Below, one piece after another: positions 46,068-55,121 of a DNA stretch of 64,000 nucleotides (the first letter of the stretch is position 1; every line of letters begins with the position of its first letter). Made by a program: the position numbers and the translations under genes. Below the pieces are notes generated by a model. It had not been told where the DNA came from and did no database searches. It was given only the letters and a program-made list of their open reading frames with translations. Source of the DNA: a virus (Duplodnaviria > Caudoviricetes); the IMG/VR virus record IMGVR_UViG_3300027708_000013. One strand, 5' to 3'.

Positions 46068-46976
46068 ATGCCAATACAATACGATGACGGTTCCAGTATG
46101 CAAACATTTGACGATGGCTCCACGCTGGCTGTGGGCAATGACGGCTCTTTGAGCTCCAGTCCCAGTACCGATTCTGTCAAAGACAAGGGATCAGCTTCCA
46201 GTTTTCTAGACATGAGCAGTATAAGAAAACGAGCTGCTGGGTTATTTTCCGGAGGTGCCCAAACCAATCGTGTTACCACAATGCCCAAGGTAAACACCCT
46301 GAGCCAAGGTCAACCACAACCAGTGGATTGGCGAGTGCGTATAAGTCTAGCCGGAACCGGGTGGACACCGTTGATGGACGATGCTGATACATCATTGTTA
46401 TCTCCCTTGACAAGAACTGCTGAAACAGGGGTAATTTTTCCGTACACACCTGCAATCACTGTGGCACACAATGCCAGATATCAAGAACAAGCTCTGACAC
46501 ACAGCAATTATAAAAATTATTTTTATGAAGGCTCGGATGTGGGTGCAATCACCATCAGTGGAGACTTCACTGTGCAAAACCTAGACGAAGGACAATATCT
46601 GCTGGCAGCCATATACTTTTTTAGAACCTGTACCAAAATGTTTTTTGGTAATGATACAAATGCTGGAAACCCACCGCCCATAGTATTTTTAGATGGCTAC
46701 GGGGACTTTTATTTTCCGCATGTGAGTTGTGTAATAACAAACTTCACACACACCCTGCCGGATTCAGTAGATTATATAGAAATTCCTGTAGGATCTTCGG
46801 CCACAGTGTCCACCGGTACTAAATCTGCCGCCAATCGATTGGTAAGACTGCCCACAGCCAGTCAATTATCTGTAACAGTGCAACCGGTATACAGCAGAGC
46901 CAACATTTACAAAAACTTTACACTGGGCAAATTTGCAAAAGGACAACTATTATCTGGCAATGGAGGATTCTTATAA
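46068..46976 (+). CDS. Baseplate tail-tube initiator/cap (gp48/gp54-like)
   Basis: GVIFPYTPAI, HSNY..YFYEGS, ITISGDFTVQN, GNPPPIVFLDGYG motifs. Confidence 0.7.
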   Translation: MPIQYDDGSSMQTFDDGSTLAVGNDGSLSSSPSTDSVKDKGSASSFLDMSSIRKRAAGLFSGGAQTNRVTTMPKVNTLSQGQPQPVDWRVRISLAGTGWTPLMDDADTSLLSPLTRTAETGVIFPYTPAITVAHNARYQEQALTHSNYKNYFYEGSDVGAITISGDFTVQNLDEGQYLLAAIYFFRTCTKMFFGNDTNAGNPPPIVFLDGYGDFYFPHVSCVITNFTHTLPDSVDYIEIPVGSSATVSTGTKSAANRLVRLPTASQLSVTVQPVYSRANIYKNFTLGKFAKGQLLSGNGGFL

Positions 46977-47281
46977 TGGCTCAAGTTACCTACAGTAGAT
47001 CCAGCCCGTACTTTGGCACTGCAAGTTTTGGTCAGTTTCTTGATGTATTAACTGCACGACCCATCACTGCACAGGATGACGATGTAGTTTATACTATAGA
47101 CGCAATTTATCAATTTCGTCCCGACCTGTTGGCATTTGACTTGTATGGTGACAGTGCTTTATGGTGGGTGTTTGCTGCTCGTAACCCCAATGTGATTGAA
47201 GATCCCTTGTTGGATTTTCGTTCCGGGGCGGTGATACAGATCCCCACCAAGTCTCAATTGACCGCAGATTTGGGAATTTAA
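46976..47281 (+). CDS. gp53: Baseplate wedge protein gp53-like (LysM-type)
   Basis: YQFRPDLLAFDLYGDSALWWVFAARN. Confidence 0.88.
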   Translation: MAQVTYSRSSPYFGTASFGQFLDVLTARPITAQDDDVVYTIDAIYQFRPDLLAFDLYGDSALWWVFAARNPNVIEDPLLDFRSGAVIQIPTKSQLTADLGI

Positions 47282-47284
47282 CTC

Positions 47285-50266
47285 ATGGCCACCGGCTACC
47301 CTGTACTTGACACCTTAGAAAACCTTGCCAATGACTATGCTGCACAACTGAGTGCCGCTATTGCCAATGGAGATGCCCAAGCCATTGCTCAAAACAGGTC
47401 TAATTTAACAGAGATATTTAAATCACTGAGTAACAAGCAAACTCAATTTGAATCTCGCATCGCCGATGCCAAAGCAAATGGGGATACCGAACTTCTTGCC
47501 GAGTTGCGACTAAAAAACACCGCCACAATCAAACTCTTGAACACCACTGCTGCTTATCTGGATTCCAAGACTGCCGATCCCGGTTCCAACACTGCCACAG
47601 ACGCAGTGGTCACAGACAGCGACCAAACTGGAACCACAGTGCCCACGGGTACCACCAAATTAACCAAAGAAGAAACAAACAACATTGATCCTTACAACCC
47701 CAATGCCTGGGGCAGTGAAGGCGCCGCAGTACCTTATAAACCCAATCCTGCACAACAGGCCACATTGAAATCGCCCACCAGTACAGGTAATCAAGCCGGT
47801 GGCCCATTGACCAAAGCAGATCAATCAAACAAAAAAAATACTTCCACTGCCGAAGATACCGCTGAGATAACTTATAAAACAACAGAAAATCGGCTACATC
47901 AATACAACAATTATACCTATGGGTTGAGTCTACATGCACTCACTCAAGCCGACTATAAACAATTAAACAACAATCCAAAACAGTTTAAAATTAATCACAC
48001 ATTGATCAGTTCTGCCAGTAGACATCATGCCACCAGAAGTGAGTTTTTTACTGATGACTTTTATTTTGAAGAGTTAAAGTTAGGCACAGTGATTGGACTC
48101 AATGCCACCAGCAGATCTGGCAACGCCATTGAAATATCTTTCACCATCATCGAGCCCTACGGTATGACATTGATCAATAGATTGCTGGATCTCAGCGAAA
48201 AAACTCTACAAATAGAAAACTACTTGCAAGTTCCTTATCTATTAGAAATTGATTTTTTTGGTTACAACGATGCCGGGGCTCAAGAGAAAAAAATTGCAGA
48301 ATTAAATAAAAAAATCCCCATTAAATTAATTAACATGAAAATGCGGGCCACAGTCAAAGGCACAGAATATCAAATCACTGCGGTACCATTCAATCATCAG
48401 GCCAACTTTTCCAACACACAATCACTCAAAACCACAGTGGAAGTCACAGCCGGCACAGTGGGCGAGTATCTCAATGAACAAGGGGCAAACGCTGCAACAA
48501 TTAAATCTTTTGCCAATTCTATTCAAACCGAAGTGAAAAAAGATGACGAGAGAAAAGAAGCGATAGCCTCTATTAAAATAACCAATTACGATGATGGAAC
48601 TGAGTTAGTAAAAGACTCGGATCCCACTTTAAAGACTAAACAGGCAACTACACCAGTAGTCAAAGACAAAACCTCAACTCCTGCAGGGTCTGCCAGTAAT
48701 CTAAATTTTGTAATTAAAACAGATCAAGGTCTGGCTGCTGCGTACAATGCCTGGTATCAAGCATTGATAATCAATAAAGAAAAAAATATCACTGTACCGG
48801 ATGAAATCTTTTTTAAAATTACCAGCGATAAAATAAAAAATGCCCTGTTGGTTCCGCCTAAAAAACTCAATGAAAATAAAAAGCCAATGAATGATGATCC
48901 TTCTGCTATAGCAGTGCAGTTGAAGAATGACAATCCCAATGGGCCCGCAGCAGTTCAATCTGGCCAAGAAACCAGACAAACATTTACAGTCAATGCCGGA
49001 ACTTCAATTCAATCAATAGTAGAACAGGTTATAACCAATAGCGAGTACATCACAAATCAATTGAAACGTGATGGTGATCAAAATAAAGATATGTCTATTC
49101 CAACCAGTGCCAAGGATCTTAGTAAGGCTGTTGGAAATAAAAATATAAATTGGTTTAAAGTAGTTCCTCACATTGAACTGACAAAGTTTGACAACCAGCG
49201 ACAGGCCTGGGGTAAAAAAATCACCTTTATCATCAGCGAATATATTTACTACAACACCAGCGACGATCGTGCGGCAAAATCTCAATTACCAAATGCAGTT
49301 AAAGATTATCAATATTTTTATACTGGAAAAAATCAAGATGTTATTTCTTTTGACATAGATTTTAATGCTTTATTTTTTACTGCAATACAAGTGGACAAGA
49401 ATGCCAAGGCAGCAACGAGTAAAGCTCTCAACAACAATGATGCAAACACAGCCAGCGACTCGTCAGAAATTTCAATCAAAACCGGATATGGGAACCCAAC
49501 CAACCCGGAACAAATACCCATGCCTCTTAATGTTTCCAATTCCAGCGGTGGTAATTTAGGCAGCGCCGAAGCACAAAAAAATACCAGTTTTAGAGATAGT
49601 CTTTACAGTCAAATGGGCGGTGACATGTTAAATTTAAAATTAAACATCATAGGCGATCCAGATTTTATTAAACAGGATGATATATTATATACAGCACTTA
49701 CAACAGATTATAAACCCAACCAACAATTTGTCGACGGAGAAGCAAGCAGTTTGGTAATGGATCGCGGGGCAATATATTGTCGAGTGACATTTAAAACCCC
49801 CGCCGACATCAATGAAGCCACCGGCGGATTGGCGTATTATAAAGGTGATAGTACCAGCAGCTTCAGTGGGCTGTATCGAGTTTTAAAAGTTTCCAGTGAG
49901 TTTCGTAGTGGTAAATTTATGCAAACTTTAGAAACTGTAAGACAAATAAATCAACCCGGCGATGGTAAAAAAAGCACTGACAATGTTGAGCGAGATAAAA
50001 CAATCAAAGCACCAGAACAAAGCAAAAATGCAAAACAAAAAACCAACAATGTTAATTTAAGTACTGCAAGAGTAGAAGAGAAAACAAGGATCAAAACCAA
50101 AGAAAAGTTCAAAACACCTCCAGTTGCTACCACAGTGTTGAGAGAATTGCCTGAATCGGATCTTGGAACATTTGATTTACAGACAGTAGTGGACACTGCT
50201 GTCACAGTGGCCATTGGCGATAACTCTCTAGCCACAGGTGAATCAATAATTGGTTACTCCATATAA
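47285..50266 (+). CDS. Baseplate hub protein (gp27-like)
   Basis: 993 aa between gp53 and gp5; NRLHQYNNYTY, FTIIEPYG, LNIIGDPDFIKQ, GLYRVLKVSSEFRSGKFMQTLE. Confidence 0.65.
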   Translation: MATGYPVLDTLENLANDYAAQLSAAIANGDAQAIAQNRSNLTEIFKSLSNKQTQFESRIADAKANGDTELLAELRLKNTATIKLLNTTAAYLDSKTADPGSNTATDAVVTDSDQTGTTVPTGTTKLTKEETNNIDPYNPNAWGSEGAAVPYKPNPAQQATLKSPTSTGNQAGGPLTKADQSNKKNTSTAEDTAEITYKTTENRLHQYNNYTYGLSLHALTQADYKQLNNNPKQFKINHTLISSASRHHATRSEFFTDDFYFEELKLGTVIGLNATSRSGNAIEISFTIIEPYGMTLINRLLDLSEKTLQIENYLQVPYLLEIDFFGYNDAGAQEKKIAELNKKIPIKLINMKMRATVKGTEYQITAVPFNHQANFSNTQSLKTTVEVTAGTVGEYLNEQGANAATIKSFANSIQTEVKKDDERKEAIASIKITNYDDGTELVKDSDPTLKTKQATTPVVKDKTSTPAGSASNLNFVIKTDQGLAAAYNAWYQALIINKEKNITVPDEIFFKITSDKIKNALLVPPKKLNENKKPMNDDPSAIAVQLKNDNPNGPAAVQSGQETRQTFTVNAGTSIQSIVEQVITNSEYITNQLKRDGDQNKDMSIPTSAKDLSKAVGNKNINWFKVVPHIELTKFDNQRQAWGKKITFIISEYIYYNTSDDRAAKSQLPNAVKDYQYFYTGKNQDVISFDIDFNALFFTAIQVDKNAKAATSKALNNNDANTASDSSEISIKTGYGNPTNPEQIPMPLNVSNSSGGNLGSAEAQKNTSFRDSLYSQMGGDMLNLKLNIIGDPDFIKQDDILYTALTTDYKPNQQFVDGEASSLVMDRGAIYCRVTFKTPADINEATGGLAYYKGDSTSSFSGLYRVLKVSSEFRSGKFMQTLETVRQINQPGDGKKSTDNVERDKTIKAPEQSKNAKQKTNNVNLSTARVEEKTRIKTKEKFKTPPVATTVLRELPESDLGTFDLQTVVDTAVTVAIGDNSLATGESIIGYSI

Positions 50267-50286
50267 CATCAACTTAAATATAAAAT

Positions 50287-53200
50287 ATGCCAATAGATAA
50301 AGTAGCAGGAACCAAAATACCCAAGTGGGCCAAGCGAGACGGTGACTCGGGCATCAAATTTGACACGGCCACATTTATGGGAGTGGTGAAAGATAATAAA
50401 GATCCTCGCAGATTGGGCAGATTACGTGTATGGATTCCAGAATTTGGTCTAGGAGATCAAGGTGTGGAATCCGCGTGGCAAACAGTAAATTATGCAAGCC
50501 CGTTTTTTGGTGCTACATTTGTAGGCGATCAAACCGCTAATAATAAATTTGAAACAACCAATCACACCTACGGCATGTGGATGGTGCCACCGGATGTGGG
50601 CAATCAAGTGCTGTGTACATTTGTCAATGGTGATCCAGATCGCGGTTATTGGTTTGCCTGCGTCAACCCCACTATAAGTCATTACATGGTACCAGCCTTG
50701 GCAGGTGCTAAAAAAACCGACACAGAATTGGCCAGTGCAGATTTAAAAAGCAGTTTAGTCACAGACGGCAGTCAAGTATTGCCAGTGGCAGAATACAACG
50801 AAAATCGAGACGATGCTTTTGCTGCAGATTCCTATAACAATGCCAGACCCATACACGAATTTCAAGCCAATGTGCTGTTTCAGCAAGGACTGGACAGAGA
50901 TGCTGTGCGTGGTGCCATAAGTTCCAACAGCCATAGAGAAAGTCCCAGTCATGTGTTTGGTATCAGTACCCCGGGCCGAGCCTTGGGCAACGATCCCGCA
51001 GATGATCCCACCTACGAGAAAAAATTAGCCGACGGGTCAATCAACATTCTTGACTACGAAGTCAAGGCCAGAAAAGGTGGACATACATTTGTCATGGACG
51101 ACGGTGATGTCAACGGCAAAGACCAGTTGGTACGCATACGTTCATCTGCAGGACATCAGATCCTAATGAATGATACAGAAGGCATCATGTTTATCATTAA
51201 CTCCAGTGGCAGTAGTTGGATTGAGCTGAGTAAAAATGGTGACATGAACATCTACAACGGTGGCAGTTTCAGTGTTCGTGCTCAAGGCGATTTAAACCTA
51301 CGTGCTGACAAGAACATCAACATTGAAGCCGGCAGTGCATTGAACCTACGAGGTGCCACCTATGTCAATGCAGTCAGTGCCGACATCAACATTTCTGCTA
51401 CTAGTTCCACCAATGTTCATGGATCTAAAATCAACATTGGCGCCGGAGGTGCATTGACCTTGGGCGGTGGGTCTGTGTCGGTGGGATCGGGCGGTGCATT
51501 AGAACTCAAAGGCGGCTCTGTAGCCATAGACACCGGTGGGGCCAACAATGCTGGATCAGGAGTAAGTTTACAAACTCAACAGTTTCCTGATACCACTTAC
51601 GATACTAAAACACGACTGTGGAACAGTGTGGCTAATCAAGCTGCCAGCATAGTATCAATATTCCCAGCACATCAACCTTGGATTAAATCTTCCACACCTG
51701 GTGCCCCTACAGAAGCACCCGTACAGATATTGCCTGCCAGTGTGTGCCCACCTAGAACCACTTCATCTCCTGGTGACTATATATTACCCAAACCCAATGG
51801 TAATAAATTAGATTTGGGCAGAGTACACGGTGGTGCCAAAGGTTCGGCACCTTGGTCTACCGATACAGCATTTTTAGATAAAACCAAACAAGTGGCTGCA
51901 AATTTAGGAATTAGCAATTGGCTATGGTTATTGGCTGCTATGTATTTAGAAACCGGTGGTACAATGGATCCAGCCGAGCCCAACGGATTGGGATTTTACG
52001 GGTTGATACAGTTTGGTGGTGACGCTAGAAAACTAGTGGGCTACAATCCCAGTGATATCCCAGCATTTACTGGGCTGTCCCGAGTACAGCAGTTAGATCT
52101 AGTTGAAAAATATTTTAAATTAAATGCGCCGTGGAAGAAAAGCAAAGGTCGCATGGTAGATGTGTATTCGTGTATCAATTGGCCAGTGGCCACTGGCCAA
52201 GATTTAACTTATATAGTGTATGGATTAAATGGATCTCCTCCGGGTGCAACCTACACTGCATTTCAAAACAAAGCCTATAGTCAAAACCACTTTGACAAAA
52301 CTGGAAAAGGTTACGTAAATGTACAAGATTTTGAAACATTTATGCAAACCAAATTAAACGCTGTAAAACAATGCTTGGCCAATGCTGGTACTGCTGTGGA
52401 TCCAGGCACACTACAGTCTAGTTCAGGAATTAAAGTCACAGACAGTTCAGGAAATGCCATTGCTTCGGGATCTAAAACCACCAGTGCCAACACCGACGTC
52501 GGCATCAACAACGCATACGGTCGCACAGTATCATCCAGCTGTCCCAAAGATTGGTTAGGTAAAGCTGAACTGTATAAATCACCAGGGGCCATCAGCTCCG
52601 CAGCTCCTTTGTTGACACAGGCCTATGCCACCAATATGCATGCCGAATTAGGCTATTTTGAAAGCCAGTGGGACTATGCCAGCACTGGTGGGAAAACTTC
52701 AACACCTGCAGGTGCAGCTATTAACGTCGGCACTAAAGGTACAATATTGGTCATGGGCGACAGTATTGCTTGGGGAACTGGTCAAGCACTACAGAAAAAA
52801 TTGTCCTCAACCAGTGTCATGGCCCGAGTTGGTGACAACAGTACAACCATATTGGCCAATGCCAAAAATCCTCCTGCACCGGCCTCCGGACGTGTGGGAA
52901 CTTATCAAGATTATCAGTATGAAAATGATTGGGTAGGTAAAGTCAAAGTGGCAGTAATTTCTTGCGGTAGCAATGATATTGTCAAAGGTGTTGGTAATAA
53001 AACACTGTTGATTGAAAACTTAAAGGCCATTAGAGCCGCATTGCGAGCAGAAAAATACATTTGGATTTTACCCTATGACAGCATAGCCTGCGCTGCTGTA
53101 ACGCAAGTTGCCAGCATCACCGGCGATAAAACTGTGGCACTGACCGATTACCCCAGCGGCGATAAACCACCACTGCATCCAACAAGTTATCCAAATGTGG

Positions 53201-54666
53201 CTGGTGCATTGCAAAAAATAATAACAGAAATAACAGCTGGATCTTCTGCTAGTAATTCCGATGCCACAGCCAAGGCCACCCCGGGTGATGGCACAAGAAT
53301 TGGCAAGTATCAAGTGGATGCGTACCTTTTGGCCGAAGCTGGATATATCAAACCAGATGCTATCAAACAATACGGTGCACAAACATTATCTAAAAACGAA
53401 AGTTGGACCGGTAAAGACAGCATACGCAGTCAAAAAGATTTTTTTGCCAACAAACAACTGCAAGATGATTTACAAAATAAAGAATTTTTGGCCAACTATA
53501 AAACACTGGTCACCAACAAAGGTATCAAACCTGAAGATGACATTTGTATGGCCGCCGGTATGCTGTTTGTGGCACACAAGTATCGCAGTGCGGCATTGGC
53601 TGCCGAATGGCGCCAGTCAGGCAAGGTAAAAACACCACCTACAGTTGCTGGGGAGGCCGGCACTGCTGAAGAATACTTTAATCACGGTAGATATGCAATT
53701 GATGTATTAAGTGCTCAAGCCATAACCGGCACCAGCAATGCTGCTGGCCCAATCGACCTCAGCATTGATCCTGACACAGTGATGCTGTTTAGATCCAGCG
53801 GAACTGGTACCCGAGCTCGCTTTGATGCATCCACCCCCGTACTACGATCGGCCACCCTGCAATTGGCCAAGGCCTATAAAGAAAAGTACGATAAAAAAAT
53901 GCAGGTTAATTCAACACTTCGCACCAATGAAGAGCAAGCGGGACTTTATAATGCCTGGGTTGCAGGAGGCAAAAAAGGAAACTTGGTTGCACCCCCGGGC
54001 ACAAGTCAACACAATCTTGGTCAAGCAATGGACATTCAACACGATGTATATGCACTTGACACAGAATTGGGTCTAGGCAAATACAATTTAAAAACTATCC
54101 CCAACGATTGGCCACATATACAAACAATCAACACCAAGGCCACAGATGCCACTACAGAACCCAAGGCCAGTGGTCCCGGTGACCAATTGGTTGTATTGAT
54201 CACTGGACTAGAAAAAGCCGGTGAAGCATACAAGACCGGTGTTCGAGCCCTGGCCGCACAATTAACTGGGCTAGGTGCTGCCGCAGAAGTGTTTAGTTGT
54301 ACTGATATAGGCGGAGCCTCTGCTTATGTTGTAAAAAATCGTGGAACCAAGAAGGTAATATTAATTGGATTTAGTAAAGGTGCTGAAATAGTTAACCAAA
54401 TGGCTGCCACAGGTATGAAAATAGACCTCATGGTGTGTATTGACGGGTTCCCCACAGTGGGCATGCGTTTGGCCAATTTACCATCAAATGTAGTACGAGC
54501 AGTGAACTATTATAATCCTCGTAATTATGGCGATGCTGGTTACGGTAACCCTTATCCAGCTCCTCCGCCAGCACCAAGAGTTACCCACATAGCAAGCAGT
54601 GTCAATCACATGGCCATCGTGGCAGCGGTATCGGCTAACATAATTTCTGATGTGAGATCGGCGTAA
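50287..54666 (+). CDS. gp5: Baseplate central spike gp5-like with multiple cell-envelope hydrolase domains
   Basis: OB-fold GVVKDNKDPRRLGRLRVWIP and beta-helix GHTFVMDDG...GHQILMND, followed by two lysozyme-like, one SGNH, one M15 peptidase and one alpha/beta hydrolase motif sets. Confidence 0.88.
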   Translation: MPIDKVAGTKIPKWAKRDGDSGIKFDTATFMGVVKDNKDPRRLGRLRVWIPEFGLGDQGVESAWQTVNYASPFFGATFVGDQTANNKFETTNHTYGMWMVPPDVGNQVLCTFVNGDPDRGYWFACVNPTISHYMVPALAGAKKTDTELASADLKSSLVTDGSQVLPVAEYNENRDDAFAADSYNNARPIHEFQANVLFQQGLDRDAVRGAISSNSHRESPSHVFGISTPGRALGNDPADDPTYEKKLADGSINILDYEVKARKGGHTFVMDDGDVNGKDQLVRIRSSAGHQILMNDTEGIMFIINSSGSSWIELSKNGDMNIYNGGSFSVRAQGDLNLRADKNINIEAGSALNLRGATYVNAVSADINISATSSTNVHGSKINIGAGGALTLGGGSVSVGSGGALELKGGSVAIDTGGANNAGSGVSLQTQQFPDTTYDTKTRLWNSVANQAASIVSIFPAHQPWIKSSTPGAPTEAPVQILPASVCPPRTTSSPGDYILPKPNGNKLDLGRVHGGAKGSAPWSTDTAFLDKTKQVAANLGISNWLWLLAAMYLETGGTMDPAEPNGLGFYGLIQFGGDARKLVGYNPSDIPAFTGLSRVQQLDLVEKYFKLNAPWKKSKGRMVDVYSCINWPVATGQDLTYIVYGLNGSPPGATYTAFQNKAYSQNHFDKTGKGYVNVQDFETFMQTKLNAVKQCLANAGTAVDPGTLQSSSGIKVTDSSGNAIASGSKTTSANTDVGINNAYGRTVSSSCPKDWLGKAELYKSPGAISSAAPLLTQAYATNMHAELGYFESQWDYASTGGKTSTPAGAAINVGTKGTILVMGDSIAWGTGQALQKKLSSTSVMARVGDNSTTILANAKNPPAPASGRVGTYQDYQYENDWVGKVKVAVISCGSNDIVKGVGNKTLLIENLKAIRAALRAEKYIWILPYDSIACAAVTQVASITGDKTVALTDYPSGDKPPLHPTSYPNVAGALQKIITEITAGSSASNSDATAKATPGDGTRIGKYQVDAYLLAEAGYIKPDAIKQYGAQTLSKNESWTGKDSIRSQKDFFANKQLQDDLQNKEFLANYKTLVTNKGIKPEDDICMAAGMLFVAHKYRSAALAAEWRQSGKVKTPPTVAGEAGTAEEYFNHGRYAIDVLSAQAITGTSNAAGPIDLSIDPDTVMLFRSSGTGTRARFDASTPVLRSATLQLAKAYKEKYDKKMQVNSTLRTNEEQAGLYNAWVAGGKKGNLVAPPGTSQHNLGQAMDIQHDVYALDTELGLGKYNLKTIPNDWPHIQTINTKATDATTEPKASGPGDQLVVLITGLEKAGEAYKTGVRALAAQLTGLGAAAEVFSCTDIGGASAYVVKNRGTKKVILIGFSKGAEIVNQMAATGMKIDLMVCIDGFPTVGMRLANLPSNVVRAVNYYNPRNYGDAGYGNPYPAPPPAPRVTHIASSVNHMAIVAAVSANIISDVRSA

Positions 54667-54687
54667 TTTTAGAATAAATATATTACT

Positions 54688-55065
54688 ATGACCACACTAT
54701 ACAAAGGATTCAGCACTGTCAACCGATACAAAAAGTTTCGTGTCACTGACATTGACTTGATCAAACAGGACTTGATCAATCATTTCAACATTAAAAAAGG
54801 TGAAAAAGTCATGCAACCGGACTTTGGCACCATTGTTTGGAGCCTGTTGTTTGAACCCATGACTGCCACTGTGCGTCAAGCCATCATCGATGATGTCAAG
54901 TCGGTGGTGGGATATGATCCACGCACCAATTTACAAAACATAACCATCAACGAATACCAGAACGGTATACAAATAATGGTGGATCTACTGTATATTCCCA
55001 CCAATCAATTGACAGCATTGAACTTGCAATTTGATTCCAATACACAACGACTCACAGTAAGATAG
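54688..55065 (+). CDS. gp25: Baseplate wedge protein gp25
   Basis: LIKQDLINHFNIKKGEKVMQPDFGTIVWSLLFEP...YDPR. Confidence 0.92.
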   Translation: MTTLYKGFSTVNRYKKFRVTDIDLIKQDLINHFNIKKGEKVMQPDFGTIVWSLLFEPMTATVRQAIIDDVKSVVGYDPRTNLQNITINEYQNGIQIMVDLLYIPTNQLTALNLQFDSNTQRLTVR

Positions 55066-55121
55066 CTAATAATATACCCTGTTTTTGATTGTAATAAATA
55101 CTCTATAAGGGATATTTTCGC

